Assembly (NCBI RefSeq): GCF_964355755.1
Contig: NC_092676.1
Location: 3,387,888 to 3,451,887 of the forward strand
Source of the DNA: Antedon mediterranea
Lineage: Eukaryota; Animalia; Echinodermata
Reading direction: 5' to 3'
DNA: 64,000 bases
Shown one piece after another: positions 48,118 to 60,286 of this stretch. The position numbers were made by a program, and so were the translations under genes. The first letter of the stretch is position 1, and the number at the start of each line of letters is the position of its first letter. Below the pieces are notes generated by a model that saw only the letters and a list, made by a program, of their open reading frames with translations, was not told where the DNA came from and did not search any database.

Positions 48118-48856
48118 AAATGGATTAGAATGATTAAGCCAGTAAACTCTGTTATCTAAATGGACTAGTACGATTAAACCAGTAAACTCTGTTATCTCAA
48201 TGGATTAGTACGATTAAACCAGTAAACTGTGTTATCTAAATGGATTAGTACGATTAAAAACCGTAAACTCTGTTATCTAAATGGATTAGTACGATTAAAT
48301 CTGTAAACTCTGTTATCTAAATGGATTAGTACGATTAACGCAGTAAACTCTATTATCTAAATGGATTAGTACGATTAAAAACAGTAAACTCTGTTATCTA
48401 AATGGATTAGTACGATTAAATCAGTAAACTCTGTTATCTAAAAGGTAGTACGATTAAACCAGTAAACTCTGTTATTTAAATGGATTAGAACGATTAAAAA
48501 CAGTAAACTCTGTTATCTAAATGGATTAGTACGATTAAATCAGTAAACTCTGTTATCTAAAAGGTAGTACGATTAAACCAGTAAACTATATTATCTAAAT
48601 GGATTAGTACGATTAAAAACAGTAAACTCTGTTATCTAAATGGATTAGTACGATTAAATCAGTAAGCTCTGTTATCTAAAAGGTAGTACGATTAAACCAG
48701 TAAACTCTGTTATTTAAATGGATTAGTACGATTAAAAACAGTAAACTCTGTTATCTAAATGGATTAGTACGATTAAATCAGTAAACTCTGTTATTTAAAA
48801 GGTAGTACGATTAAACCAGTAAAATCTGTTATTTAAATGGATTAGAACGATTAAAC
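48118..48856 (+). repeat. 40-bp minisatellite, ~18.5 copies with a 3-unit higher-order structure
   Basis: Same unit as 14438. The shortened variant aaaaggtagtac recurs every third unit, four times. Confidence 0.95.
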
Positions 48857-49414
48857 TAAAATGTTTATATAAAATGTATGGTTTTCTTTAATCATTTAAT
48901 AATGAATGTAGAGAAAACACTGTAAATAAGTAAAATTTGTTGTTGTTCTGTCTAATTTTTATTTAAAATAATAATATTTGCTGCGTCACTGCGTCTGGTT
49001 TATATTAACAGTATTCTCGTTAGAAGAATAAATCTTTATTATATTAATATTATTATTATATAATTATCTAATCTAAAATCAAATCATTTTTCAAAACTAG
49101 AGAAGAAGGCTTCGTTTTATTATTTGTCTCTAAACAACGTTCCGCGGATATAATGTTGGATTGAAGTGTTTATCAATTGAGCAGCATACGTGTGAACAAG
49201 CAAACATTATTAAATGTCTAAACATTATTACTGGTGTCTTTGAATCGTCGGAATAAGGAATATAATTTATAGGAATATTTGCGTAAATCTCAATTTGATA
49301 AAGAATTTCCAATTTTCGGACATCAATCGAGGTGCCTTAGTCAGTACTGTACCATTCCTATTATAACAACGCATAGGAACATCGAACGTCTTATGATATC
49401 TAATATTGACTACA

Positions 49415-50979
49415 ATGTTTATAAAGACTTACCATCAACTTTGTACATTGCTGTTTTACAAGTGCCTGGTTATATTGTATAGTATATTTCACTGTTGCTG
49501 TGCACAATCCTATACTTTTACAAAACAACAAAAATCTGTTTTTGTTGGACAAAGAAACACAGCAATGTTGTCGTGTGAATGGAAACCAGCATTGAATGAA
49601 AACCATGTCGTTTACTGGTCAGCATACCCTCATGTTGGTGGGTCACCAGCAATCGCAATCGATAGGTCAACTTTAAAGTACAATTTAACAAATATAGCAA
49701 CATCTGCATATCTTTCCATTTTTAATGTTGGTTACAACGATGTAGGAAGATACAGGTGTGATATCTCGGAAGATGGTGATTTATTCAGTCTTTCTGAACG
49801 TGCTTCTGTAGTTCTAGGAGAAATATTGTGCGATCCAAAAAATAGCAATGGTGAGATTGGAACAACGATGACATGTTCCTATTTTACTTCTTATTATTCA
49901 CGTGATATTGATTTACTATGGTATAAAAACAGGAAACAAATTACATCAAAAGTACCACAAAACAATGCTATAAAATCAAGAGCTTTGACTGTTGAAGACG
50001 ATGGAGCTGTATTTACTTGTAAAGCCAGAATTAGATCTCAAAATCAAGTGATAGGAACTTGTGAAACTACTCCTATTATATTAAGTATAGATGCAGAGAT
50101 TGTACAATCACCGCCAGGTCCAGGTCTCAGGTTGGAGATAGCTTCAACCTTACCTGCTTAGGGAAAGGTAATCCTGATTATTATAATTATGAATGGACGT
50201 GGAATGGCGAACCAGTAGGATCGTCACCAAATGGAAAGCGATTTGCAATTGGCAATGTGGTTCCTGCGACGAGTGTATCAATCAATGCTAATGGCAAAAT
50301 AATTACTTGTACCATTAGTCGTGATGGTCGTAATAGCAGTACAGCGAATTATACAATAAACGTTCTAGAGAACATTTCGAGTAGGCCTACAACTACACGA
50401 TTGCAAACAACACCAACGCAACAAGTCGTTACAGACAAACTACTACCAACTACACGCTTACACACTACACGTTTGCAATCGACACGTGCGCAACGACTCA
50501 TTACAGACCAACTCTCAACAACTAATATCTCATCGGCTGACGAGCCCCCAACACTAATGGTTGTTATTAGTGTACTTGCAATTTCACTTGCAATTGCTTT
50601 AATATTAATAATATACATGAAAATACAAAAGAGGAACTTAGCAAGAGACAACACAATTCCTTCAAAACGACCGACGACTAACATTGGACACAATTATGAT
50701 TACATTACGTCATCAGACACACACGTGACCACGGCAGTCAATGACATAGATAATAAATACGATTATGCCGTATATCCGTGCACACGCAATGAGAAAATCG
50801 TCACTGCTGAATATATTGAGGTAGTCAACTTTTCCAAAGATGACCCAGCAAATCCAGAAAGTAATAGCGCGGCTGAGTACGATAACGTTGCATTGCAACA
50901 AACAGATATTTGCAGCGAAGAGCCAAAGTACGAAAATAATAAACTACGTGTTAAACGCTACAAGCATGACAACGTCTGA
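49415..50979 (+). pseudogene. G13: frameshifted copy (G5-like ectodomain, class-C tail)
   Basis: ORFs 49406-50161 and 50257-50979. ccaggtccaggtctcaggtt at about 50114-50133 versus ccaggtccacttcaggtt in paralogs (net +2 nt). Confidence 0.8.
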
Positions 50980-51093
50980 CAATGTAAAAACCAAGTACGA
51001 AAATATTTACGCGCTGGCCATCAGTGAGGATAAATACAATGACGTCATATTGAGGATCACAGAAGCGCATACTGACGACGCAAACGAGTACGA

Positions 51094-51375
51094 AAATGGA
51101 TTAGAATGATTAAACCAGTAAACTCTGTTATCTAAATGGACTAGTACGATTAAACCAGTAAACTCTGTTATCTCAATGGATTAGTGCGATTAAAAACCGT
51201 AAAATCTCTTATCTAAATGGATTAGTACGATTAAATCTGTAAACTCTGTTATATAAATGGATTAGTACGATTAACCTAGTAAACTCTATTATCTAAATGG
51301 ATTAGTACGATTAAAAACAGTAAACTCTGTTATCTAAATGGATTAGTACGATTAAACCAGTAAACTCTGTTATTT
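51094..51375 (+). repeat. 40-bp minisatellite, ~7 copies
   Basis: Same unit and variant order as 14438-14720. Confidence 0.95.
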
Positions 51376-51590
51376 TAAACAAGAACACTTGGAACACTAA
51401 GATATAAAAACACACTGAATGTTTATATAAAAAGGAAATTGTATGGTTTTCTATAATCATTTAATAATGAATGTATAATAATAAGTAACGTTTGCTGTTG
51501 TTCTGTCACATTTTTATTTTGAAATAATAATATTTGCTGCGCCACGGGGTCTTATATTAACAGTATTCACGTTAGAAGAATAAATCTTTA

Positions 51591-52012
51591 AGATCCGAGA
51601 AGTTCTCGGAGGCTGAGGTGTCAAATGCCTGCAAACAGATGAAATCTGGTGAAGCACTTAGTCTTGACGGTCTTCCCATCGAAATATGGAAATTACCTCA
51701 CACACCACCAACAAGACACTATATGCCAACCTTCCCCGTCTTACGACCATCATTCAAAAACGTCGCATGGGTCTGGCTGGTCATGCTATGAGAAGCTCTG
51801 AGCCAGCCTCAAGAGTACTCCTTTGGGAACCAGAAGAGAAAATGAAAGTGGGAAGACCCCAACTGACTTGGCTCGACAATCTGTTGAAAGATACCAAACT
51901 AGACCTGAGTGAACTGAGGGAGAGCATGCTTGATAGAGATGTGTGGAGACAAATTATCATGGCACCCACTAAGAATTAAGTCGTCGTGGGATGACATTAA
52001 GATAAGAAGAAG
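51591..52012 (+). mobile_element. Internally deleted RTE-clade LINE fragment
   Basis: Pre-RT peptide EAEVSNACKQMKSGEALSLDGLPIEIWK joined to the C-terminal TNKTLY...RRMGLAGHAMR...GRPQLTWLD...DRDVWR; (AAG)n tail. Absent from paralogous flanks at about 14940 and 61345. Confidence 0.75.
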
Positions 52013-53540
52013 ATTATTATTATAATATAATTATCTAATCTAAAAATCAAATCATTTTTCAAAACTAGAAAGGAAGGCTTCTTTTTAATATTGGTCTCTA
52101 AACAACGTTCCGCAGATATACTATAGTATATAGTTTATAGGAAGCAATCAATTGTGAATCTAAATGAGGGAAACGTGAGATTTCTCCAGAATCTAAATTT
52201 AATTTGAGCAACACAAAAACAATAAGGAAAAAGAAAGAAGTGTTACGAAATGATTAGCCCAAGACTTGAAAACAGAGCCTATGATTGATTTATGATTAAG
52301 TACCGGTCCAGTCACGTGTTCAGTTTTATACAATCCGGGTTCCAACGAGCACTCCCTAAACTTGAGCGAGTTCAATGAGTCAATAGAAATGCTAATGCTT
52401 TACTGAATTTTGTATTATTTTCGACGATGATTATTGTTATAGGTATTTTGAAGGTGTTGCGTTATCTTAAACATGTGCGCATGCGCTATGACATTCATAA
52501 TGTTTCGTCAAGTTAACCATAATCCTAATAATTCCAATATCACTGTAGGGCTATATGATATCATTTTTCAATGTGTCATAAAATAGTCTTATTGATTTAA
52601 CTTGAAGAAAACCGATTTAAAATTTCAGTATGAAGATCAGAAAAAATTGATAAAAAGCTAAATAAAAGAAAAACAAATAATATAATATTTATCCACACAA
52701 ATTGTGAAGTTGAGTACAAAAAGAATACAATAGATATACTGTTAATACAGTATAGTGAACATATCCATTCGGGTCTATTTAATCACATTCATTACCAGTG
52801 CGTACAATTATTGTAAAGCAAGTTTCTACCCACCCAAAAGAAAAGGGGAAAAACAACAAAAGTATTATGACAGAATGTAAGACTAGTAAAAACGGTATAA
52901 AAAACATCTTAATTTAACCGTTAACACGACATTTGCTACGACAGGCAAGGTAAAGTTATGTGGAGTGTTTTAACCAGTCACAGTTACGAACTACTCAGCA
53001 TTTACAATTAAATTCTCACTAACCACGCCCCCGACTGATAAACGTATATCACGCCCTCTGGAGGAAAAATGACAATGTATTAGGAAAGTATTTTTAAAGT
53101 ATTACATCATTAATGTTGAATATTCAGTGGCGCTATTTCCCGGTATTTTATTTCTACAGTAATCAAGTGTATCACTAGTGCTGAAGTAGATCATTTCAAC
53201 TTATATAACAACAAAATAAAGTTGTAATAAATAAAGTGCCAACGTGTAATGTTTGACTACGAATACAGGATCTAACCGTATAGGAAGTTTTTTAGTATTG
53301 GATATAATGTTGGGTTGAAGTGTTTATAAATTTAATGTCTAAAACATTATTACTGGTGTCTTAGAATCGTCGCAATAAGGAATATAATTTATAGGAATAT
53401 TTGCGTAAATCTCAATTTTATAAGGAAGTTCCAATATTCGGGCATCAATCGAGGCGCCTGCCTGCGTAAGTACCCTACTATTCCTATTATAACAACGCAT
53501 GGGAACATCGATCGTCTTATGATATCTAATATTTACTACA

Positions 53541-55091
53541 ATGTTTAAAATGTATCATCAATATTGTACATTGCTGTTTTTCAAGTGCCTGGTTATATTG
53601 TATAGTATATTTCACTGTTGTTGTGCACAATCCTATACTTTTACAAAACAACCAAAATCTGTTCTTGTTGGACAAAGAAACACAGCATCGTTATCGTGTG
53701 AATGGAGACCAGCATTGAATGAAAACCATGTCGTTTTCTGGACAGCATACCCAGATGTTGGTGCGTGGCAAGCAATCGATAGGTCAACTTTAAAGTACAA
53801 TTTAACAACTATAGCAACATCTGCATATCTTTCCATTTTTAATGTTGATTACAAAGATGTAGGGAACTACAGGTGTGATATCTCGGAAGATGGTGGTTTA
53901 TACAGTCTTTCGGAACAGGCTTCTGTAGTGATAGGAGAAATATTGTGCGATCCAAAGAATGGTGAGATTGGAACAACGCTGACATGTTCCAATTTTACTT
54001 TTTATTATTCACGTGATATTGATTTACATTTCTATAAAGACAGGAAACAAATTAAGTCCGATGTTAAAAATTATGTTATAAAATCAGGAGCTTTGACTGC
54101 CGAAGACGATGGAGCTGTATTCACTTGTAAAGCCACCACTGGAATCCAAAATCAAGTGATAGGAACTTGTGAAATTACGCCGCTAGTATTAACCATAGAT
54201 ACAGAGATTGAACAATCACCACCAGGTCCACTTCAGGTTGGGGATAGCTTTAATCTTACCTGCTCAGGGAAAGGCAAACATGATTACTATGATTACAAAT
54301 GGACGTGGAATGACAAACCAGTAGGATCGTCGCCAAATGAAAGGCGATTTGCAATAGGTAATGTTCTTACTGTGATGAGTGTACCAAGCAGTGCTAAGGG
54401 CGAAGACGCAACTTGTACTATTAGTCGTAGTGGTCGCAACAGCAGTACAGCGAGCTATACAATAAATGTGCTAGAGAAAATTTGGAGTAGGCCTACAACT
54501 ACACATTTGCAAACAATACCAGGTAGACGTACGCAACAAGTCGTTACAGACAAACTACTACCAACTACACGCTTACACACTACACGTTTACAGTCGACAC
54601 GTGCGCAACGACTCATTACAGACCTCCTATCAGAAACTAATATATCGGGTGACGAGCCCCCAGCTCTAATGCTTGTTATTAGTGTACTTGCAATTTTACT
54701 CGTAGTTTCTGTAATATTAATAATATACATGTATTTACAAAAGAGGAACTTAGCTAGAGACAACATAATTCATTCAAGTCAACCATCGAATAATATAGGA
54801 CACAATTACGATTACATTACGTCATCAGACACACACGTGACCACGGAAGTCAATGACATAGATAATAAATACGATTATGCCGTATATCCGTGCACACGCA
54901 ATGAGAAAAACGTCACTGCTGAATATTTTGAGGTAGTCTACTTTTCCAAAGATGACCCACCAAAACCAGAAAGTAATATCGCGGCTGAGTATGCTAACGT
55001 TGCATTGCAACCAACAGATATTTGCAGCGAAGAGCCAAAGTACGAAAATAATAAACTACGTGTTAAACGCTACAAGCATGACAACGTCTGA
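53541..55091 (+). CDS. G14: 3-Ig receptor, class-C tail
   Basis: 516-aa ORF; D1 of the G4/G5 type; D2 core Trp replaced (LHFYKD); TM LMLVISVLAILLVVSVILIIYMYL. Confidence 0.9.
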   Translation: MFKMYHQYCTLLFFKCLVILYSIFHCCCAQSYTFTKQPKSVLVGQRNTASLSCEWRPALNENHVVFWTAYPDVGAWQAIDRSTLKYNLTTIATSAYLSIFNVDYKDVGNYRCDISEDGGLYSLSEQASVVIGEILCDPKNGEIGTTLTCSNFTFYYSRDIDLHFYKDRKQIKSDVKNYVIKSGALTAEDDGAVFTCKATTGIQNQVIGTCEITPLVLTIDTEIEQSPPGPLQVGDSFNLTCSGKGKHDYYDYKWTWNDKPVGSSPNERRFAIGNVLTVMSVPSSAKGEDATCTISRSGRNSSTASYTINVLEKIWSRPTTTHLQTIPGRRTQQVVTDKLLPTTRLHTTRLQSTRAQRLITDLLSETNISGDEPPALMLVISVLAILLVVSVILIIYMYLQKRNLARDNIIHSSQPSNNIGHNYDYITSSDTHVTTEVNDIDNKYDYAVYPCTRNEKNVTAEYFEVVYFSKDDPPKPESNIAAEYANVALQPTDICSEEPKYENNKLRVKRYKHDNV

Positions 55092-55205
55092 CAATGTAAA
55101 AACCAAGTACGAAAATATTTACGCGCTGGCCATCAGTGCGGATAAATACAATGACGTCATATTGAAGATCACAGAAGCGCATACTGACGACGCAAACGAG
55201 TACGA

Positions 55206-55327
55206 AAATGGATTAGAACGATTAAACCAGTAAACTCTGTTATCTAAATGGACTAGTACGATTAAACTAGTAAACTCTGTTATATAAATGGATTAGTACG
55301 ATTAAACCAGTAAACTGTGTTATCTAA
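55206..55327 (+). repeat. 40-bp minisatellite, left part (~3 copies), split by a transposon
   Basis: The unit is interrupted at tatctaa|agcccc and resumes at 60923. Confidence 0.9.
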
Positions 55328-55505
55328 AGCCCCTTTCTCACAGATGTGCCTGCAATATACCGGTACAGTGCTGGCGTCGTGCCGGTATCGTTACCGGCAT
55401 ATACCCATTCTCATCGGACTATCGTGCCGGAAATATAACCGGTATATACCGGCTTTCTGTGAGAAAGGAGTCGGGCATATTCGGCCAATAAAAAGTCTCT
55501 GACAA

Positions 55506-58500
55506 TTATGTAAAAGATCGATGTTCTTACTTCAGGACTTTACATAAAACAATTATTGACTTCAAAGAAAGCAAAAATGATAAAATAATTATAGGTGGTG
55601 ACATGAATTGTGCTCTAGACAGAAAATTTGACCAAAAAGGTAGTGTCGATAGAGTAGATAATTCTGTTTTTACAATAACACATTTTATGAAAAATCTGAA
55701 TCTTAATGACATCTGGAGAAAAAATAACCCGGATACATGTCAATTCACATGGCGAAGGAAATCCACCCAAACGTACAGAAGGTTGGACTATTTTTTTATA
55801 TCTAACGACTTATGTGAATATGTTAACACATGTGATATCAGGCCGTCAATCATGTCTGATCACCAAGCCATATCCTTAAAAATAAGTTTAACTAATGAAG
55901 AAAGAGGCCCAGGATTATGGAAAATGAACAATTCTCACTTAGATAATGAAGATTATATAAACAACATCAAAAACATAATAGAAAGAGCTAGATTAGAAGA
56001 ACTTAACCCAAAGGATAAATGGGAAATGATTAAAGTAAAAATAAAGGAATTCTCCATAAAATATGGGAAAATGAAAAATAAAAATAAATGCAAAAGAAAA
56101 GAAATACTTCAACAGGAAATTGCTAACATTAATGATTTAATTATGAAAAAGGATAATACTGATAATAATATCCAGTATGAAACAGAATTAGATCAAAAAA
56201 AGAATGAACTTGAGCAAATTTACCTATTGGAAGCTAAAGGCGCTCAAATTAGATCAAGAGTAAAGTGGATAGAAGATGGCGAACGAAACACTAAATACTT
56301 TCTTGGTTTAGAGAAAAATAATAGTAATAAAAAACATATTAAAAAATTAAAAAAACAGGACGGATCCATTATATCAAATTCCACAGAGATATTGAAGGAA
56401 GAGGTTAATTTCTTCAAAAAAATATATGCAAAACAAGATGTTCCTTACAAATCAATTGATAAGTACCTATCTCATGTTAATTTAACTAAACTCACAGAGG
56501 CAGAACAAGAGATGTGTGAGGGTCATCTCTCTCTCTTCGAATGTGAGCAAGCAATAAAGAAAATGAAAAAAAATAAAGCTCCAGGCAGTGACGGTTTAAC
56601 AGTTGAGTTTTATCAACTCTTCTGGTACCTTATCTGTGACCTTGTTTGTGATGCACTAAATTATGGTTTTGCCACACAAGAAATGTCTGTGTCACAAAGA
56701 AGGGGAATAATCAACCTTATTTACAAAAAAGGTGATCACAAAGATTTAAATAACTGGCGCCCTATCACTTTACTCAATATTGACTACAAAATAGCTTCTT
56801 TTGTTCTTACAACAAGATTACATCGAGTTGCAAAGTATATAATAAACAATGACCAAAAAGGGTATGTAAAAGGTCGTTTTGGTGGTGACAATATAAGACT
56901 AATAGAGGACATAATTACTTACATGGAAAATGAACAGCTTGAAGGTATACTTATAAGTTTAGATTTCCAAAAAGCATTTGACAGTGTCAATAGATCATTT
57001 TTAATAGAAGCCTTAAATAAATTCAATTTTGGTATTTCATTTGTGAACTGGGTAAAAGCACTGTATAACAATACAAATTGTATATTCACAAATAATGGTT
57101 GGCAATCAGAAAGTTTTGCAATGCACCAAGGTATTAGACAAGGATGTCCCTTGTCTGCTCTATTGTTTATTTTAGTAGCTGAAGTCCTAGCTACAAAAAT
57201 AAGAGCATGTGATATGGTCAAAGGCCTGATTGTTCCTGCAGGCAATGGTATATTTAAAGATATTAAGATTGCACAGCTAGCAGATGACACTGTGCTTTTT
57301 CTAAAGGATATAAATAGTATGGATAACAGCATAAGTATTATTGAAAAGTTTGGAGAGGTTTCTGGATTAAAATTAAATAAGAATAAAACAAATGCTTTTT
57401 GGCTTGGCAGTTTAAGAGACTGCAAGGACACACATGGTAACATTTCTTGGACATCCACACCAATTCGGATATTAGGTATCTATGTTGGACATGATAAGGA
57501 ATATTGTTATCAAAAGAACTGGAAAGAAAAAATAGACGCATTAGAAAATACCCTAAAAACATGGGAGAAAAGACACCTCACTTTTTTTGGAAGAATTACT
57601 ATTGTAAAAACATTAGCGCTCTCAAAAATTATATACAATTCCTGCATTTTGCTAGTACCAGAAAAAGTAATAAAAGAGGTGGATAAATTAATTTTTAAAT
57701 TCATTTGGGAAACTAAGAAAGAGAAAATAAAAAGAAAAACCATGTGTGCCAATTACAGTCAAGGTGGTCTAAAAATGGTAGAATTCAGATCTCAGGTAAT
57801 ATCTTTCCAAGTTAAATGGTACAGGAGACTGTATGAAAACGATGATGCCAAATGGAAATATTTACCTACATTTTATATAGAAAAGATAGGCCCAAAATCA
57901 TTAACCTCAAATTTATCAAAAGTTCCGTGTAATATATCCGTACCACCATTTTACCTCTCAGTTATTAAGTCTATAGCAGTAGCTAATGCTTGTAATAATA
58001 GATTAAATAAGGAACCAATAAGCTATGATGACATTATTAATCAATCATTATGGGGTAATGAGTTTATATGTATTAAAAAGAAGCCGTTATATAACTGTAA
58101 CTGGATTAGTTCAGGGTTTTTAAAAATATATGATGTAATAAATAATAATGTGTTTAAGCCTGCGATAGAGATAAAAAGAAGGTTAAGATGTACACAAAAT
58201 TGGATCAGTGAATATTCATGTATATTGAAAGCCATTCCAAAAGAATGGAAATGTATTTTAAAATCAACACATGACATTAATGTAAATGATATACCTATTA
58301 CAAACAATAAGGTCTTAAATATGACGTCTAGACAATTATATAGATTCATAATAGATGCTCAATATATTACACCTACGGCACAGGTTAAGTGGGAATCCAT
58401 ATTTGGTAATATGCCATGGACAAAAATATGGGTTAAAAAAGTTTCTGGTCTTAAAGAAAAAAAACTGGCACATTTTAATTTTAAATTGTTGCACAGAATA

Positions 58501-58924
58501 TTGCCAACAAATGAAAGATTACATAGGTGGAGACTTGTAAATTCCCCATGTTGTGACACTTGCAATGTTATTGAGAATGATAAACATATGTTAGTAGAGT
58601 GCATAACAGTAAAATGTTTATGGAGAGAGATAAACGAAATAATTAGAGCAGTAAGCATACATATTCCTGTTTTTTCTTTCAAAAGACTTTTATTTGAAAC
58701 TGACAATAATTACGTAAATAAATTATACACTTTAGGAGCATTTTGTATTTATAAAGTAAAGATATTAAGTTTATTGGAAAAAGAAAAAAAAATCAATCTC
58801 CTACAAATGTTTAAATCTGAAAAAAAGATAAGAAATATGTAAATCTGCAGGTATACTGTATATGCTCAACCAGATTAAGGAAGAAAATATGTAAATGAGA
58901 TACCATGAATGATGAATCTATTAT

Positions 58925-58960
<36 letters not shown>

Positions 58961-60286
58961 CTTGCTACTATACTGTATGTTTTGTAAACATGTATACCTT
59001 GATGATTTGAAAACAAAAAGACAAAATGTGAAAAGCTTTTTATAGATTGATGATAAAAAAAAAATGATGAAGGATAAGAAGGTTTAGGTTTAAGTGGGGA
59101 AGTGTTTTCATCAAAGCTTTCATATTATAGGTATATACCGTATATATGTAATTTGCACATTCTTACTGCATGTGGAATTTTGAAATGATAAAATGGTTAA
59201 AAAGAAAAAAAAGAATGTCTAATTTTTTTAATGGATCATTAAACACAAATGTTGTTAAATGATAATGTATGTATAAAAAAATAATAGAATAAATAATAAG
59301 TAAAAAAAAAATAATTGAATGAACCCACATAGGAAAAAAAAAAGTTAAATGAAACTTTGATGGGTTATACTGTAGATGCAAAAAAGGATAATCTGTTGGA
59401 AATAAATTTTGTAAACATTTAAAGATCAAAAAAATCAATGTTAAAGGATGAGGAAAATATAATGTTAACAGTAAAAAGTTAGTAAGTAATTAGTATAACA
59501 GAGAATATGCATTGTTTAAATGAAAATATGTTTGCATAGATAAATCCAAAGAAAAATAAAATGGGACAAACCCATGGGATGGATTTATTAAACATAAACG
59601 TATTATAATTGTATGAAATGAATATGCATGTAGATGAAAAAAAAAAACAAAAACAACTATGTAAGAAAAAATAAGCTTTGTTAATGAAAATGTGTTATAG
59701 ATAATATGTATAAAAAGAGGAAACTATGTAATCAATGTGGTTAAATGATAATGTATGTATAAACAAAATAATATATGGAAATAGTTTTTTTTTTTTTTTT
59801 TAAAGAAAATAAGTAAAAAAAAAAAAAAGTGGAATGAATCCACATAAGAGAAGAAAGTAAAAAAGTTAAATGAAAATTTAAGAAGTTATAGATGCAAAAA
59901 AGGATCTGCTGGTTTTGTAAACATTAAAGAACAAAAATATTAATATTAATGTTAAAGGATGAGAACAATATTATGTTAACAGTAAACATGTAGTAAGTAA
60001 TGAGTATAACAGAGAATATGCATTGTTAAATGAAAATGTGGTAGATGAAAAAATCAAAAACAACTATGTAAGAAAAATAAAAGCTTGTTAATGAAAATGT
60101 GTTACAGATAATATGTTTAATCAATGTGATAATATGTAAACAAATGAATAAATAAGTATATGTATACAGATGATTAAACAAACATTGTAAATATAATGAT
60201 ATGTATAGTGTATAGTGAAAAATATAGGTAAAGAGAACAGTGGTTTGGAAATAAAAGTGGGATGAACCCACATAAGATAAAAAAAA
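55506..60286 (+). mobile_element. 5'-truncated L1/Tx1-clade non-LTR retrotransposon
   Basis: 16-bp TSD aaaaagtctctgacaa (55490-55505 and 60287-60302), poly(A) end, long ORF2 and a ~1.4-kb 3' UTR. Confidence 0.9.
55507..58842 (+). CDS. LINE ORF2 (partial APE endonuclease, reverse transcriptase, CCHC), N-terminally truncated
   Basis: Frame open from 55507 (…IIGGDMN, RLDYFF, SDH), then KAPGSDG, NWRPITLLN, LDFQKAFD, GIRQGCPLS, QLADD and CDTC…H…C. Confidence 0.9.
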   Translation, partial: YVKDRCSYFRTLHKTIIDFKESKNDKIIIGGDMNCALDRKFDQKGSVDRVDNSVFTITHFMKNLNLNDIWRKNNPDTCQFTWRRKSTQTYRRLDYFFISNDLCEYVNTCDIRPSIMSDHQAISLKISLTNEERGPGLWKMNNSHLDNEDYINNIKNIIERARLEELNPKDKWEMIKVKIKEFSIKYGKMKNKNKCKRKEILQQEIANINDLIMKKDNTDNNIQYETELDQKKNELEQIYLLEAKGAQIRSRVKWIEDGERNTKYFLGLEKNNSNKKHIKKLKKQDGSIISNSTEILKEEVNFFKKIYAKQDVPYKSIDKYLSHVNLTKLTEAEQEMCEGHLSLFECEQAIKKMKKNKAPGSDGLTVEFYQLFWYLICDLVCDALNYGFATQEMSVSQRRGIINLIYKKGDHKDLNNWRPITLLNIDYKIASFVLTTRLHRVAKYIINNDQKGYVKGRFGGDNIRLIEDIITYMENEQLEGILISLDFQKAFDSVNRSFLIEALNKFNFGISFVNWVKALYNNTNCIFTNNGWQSESFAMHQGIRQGCPLSALLFILVAEVLATKIRACDMVKGLIVPAGNGIFKDIKIAQLADDTVLFLKDINSMDNSISIIEKFGEVSGLKLNKNKTNAFWLGSLRDCKDTHGNISWTSTPIRILGIYVGHDKEYCYQKNWKEKIDALENTLKTWEKRHLTFFGRITIVKTLALSKIIYNSCILLVPEKVIKEVDKLIFKFIWETKKEKIKRKTMCANYSQGGLKMVEFRSQVISFQVKWYRRLYENDDAKWKYLPTFYIEKIGPKSLTSNLSKVPCNISVPPFYLSVIKSIAVANACNNRLNKEPISYDDIINQSLWGNEFICIKKKPLYNCNWISSGFLKIYDVINNNVFKPAIEIKRRLRCTQNWISEYSCILKAIPKEWKCILKSTHDINVNDIPITNNKVLNMTSRQLYRFIIDAQYITPTAQVKWESIFGNMPWTKIWVKKVSGLKEKKLAHFNFKLLHRILPTNERLHRWRLVNSPCCDTCNVIENDKHMLVECITVKCLWREINEIIRAVSIHIPVFSFKRLLFETDNNYVNKLYTLGAFCIYKVKILSLLEKEKKINLLQMFKSEKKIRNM

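Noticed and set aside
48118-48856. 40-bp repeat arrays as CRISPR
   Set aside because: Contiguous tandem units without unique spacers, no cas genes, eukaryotic context.
55507-58842. Reverse transcriptase as a diversity-generating retroelement or domesticated diversifier of the Ig genes
   Set aside because: It is a 5'-truncated L1/Tx1 ORF2 with APE, TSD and poly(A). No TR/VR pair or adenine-specific variation was seen.
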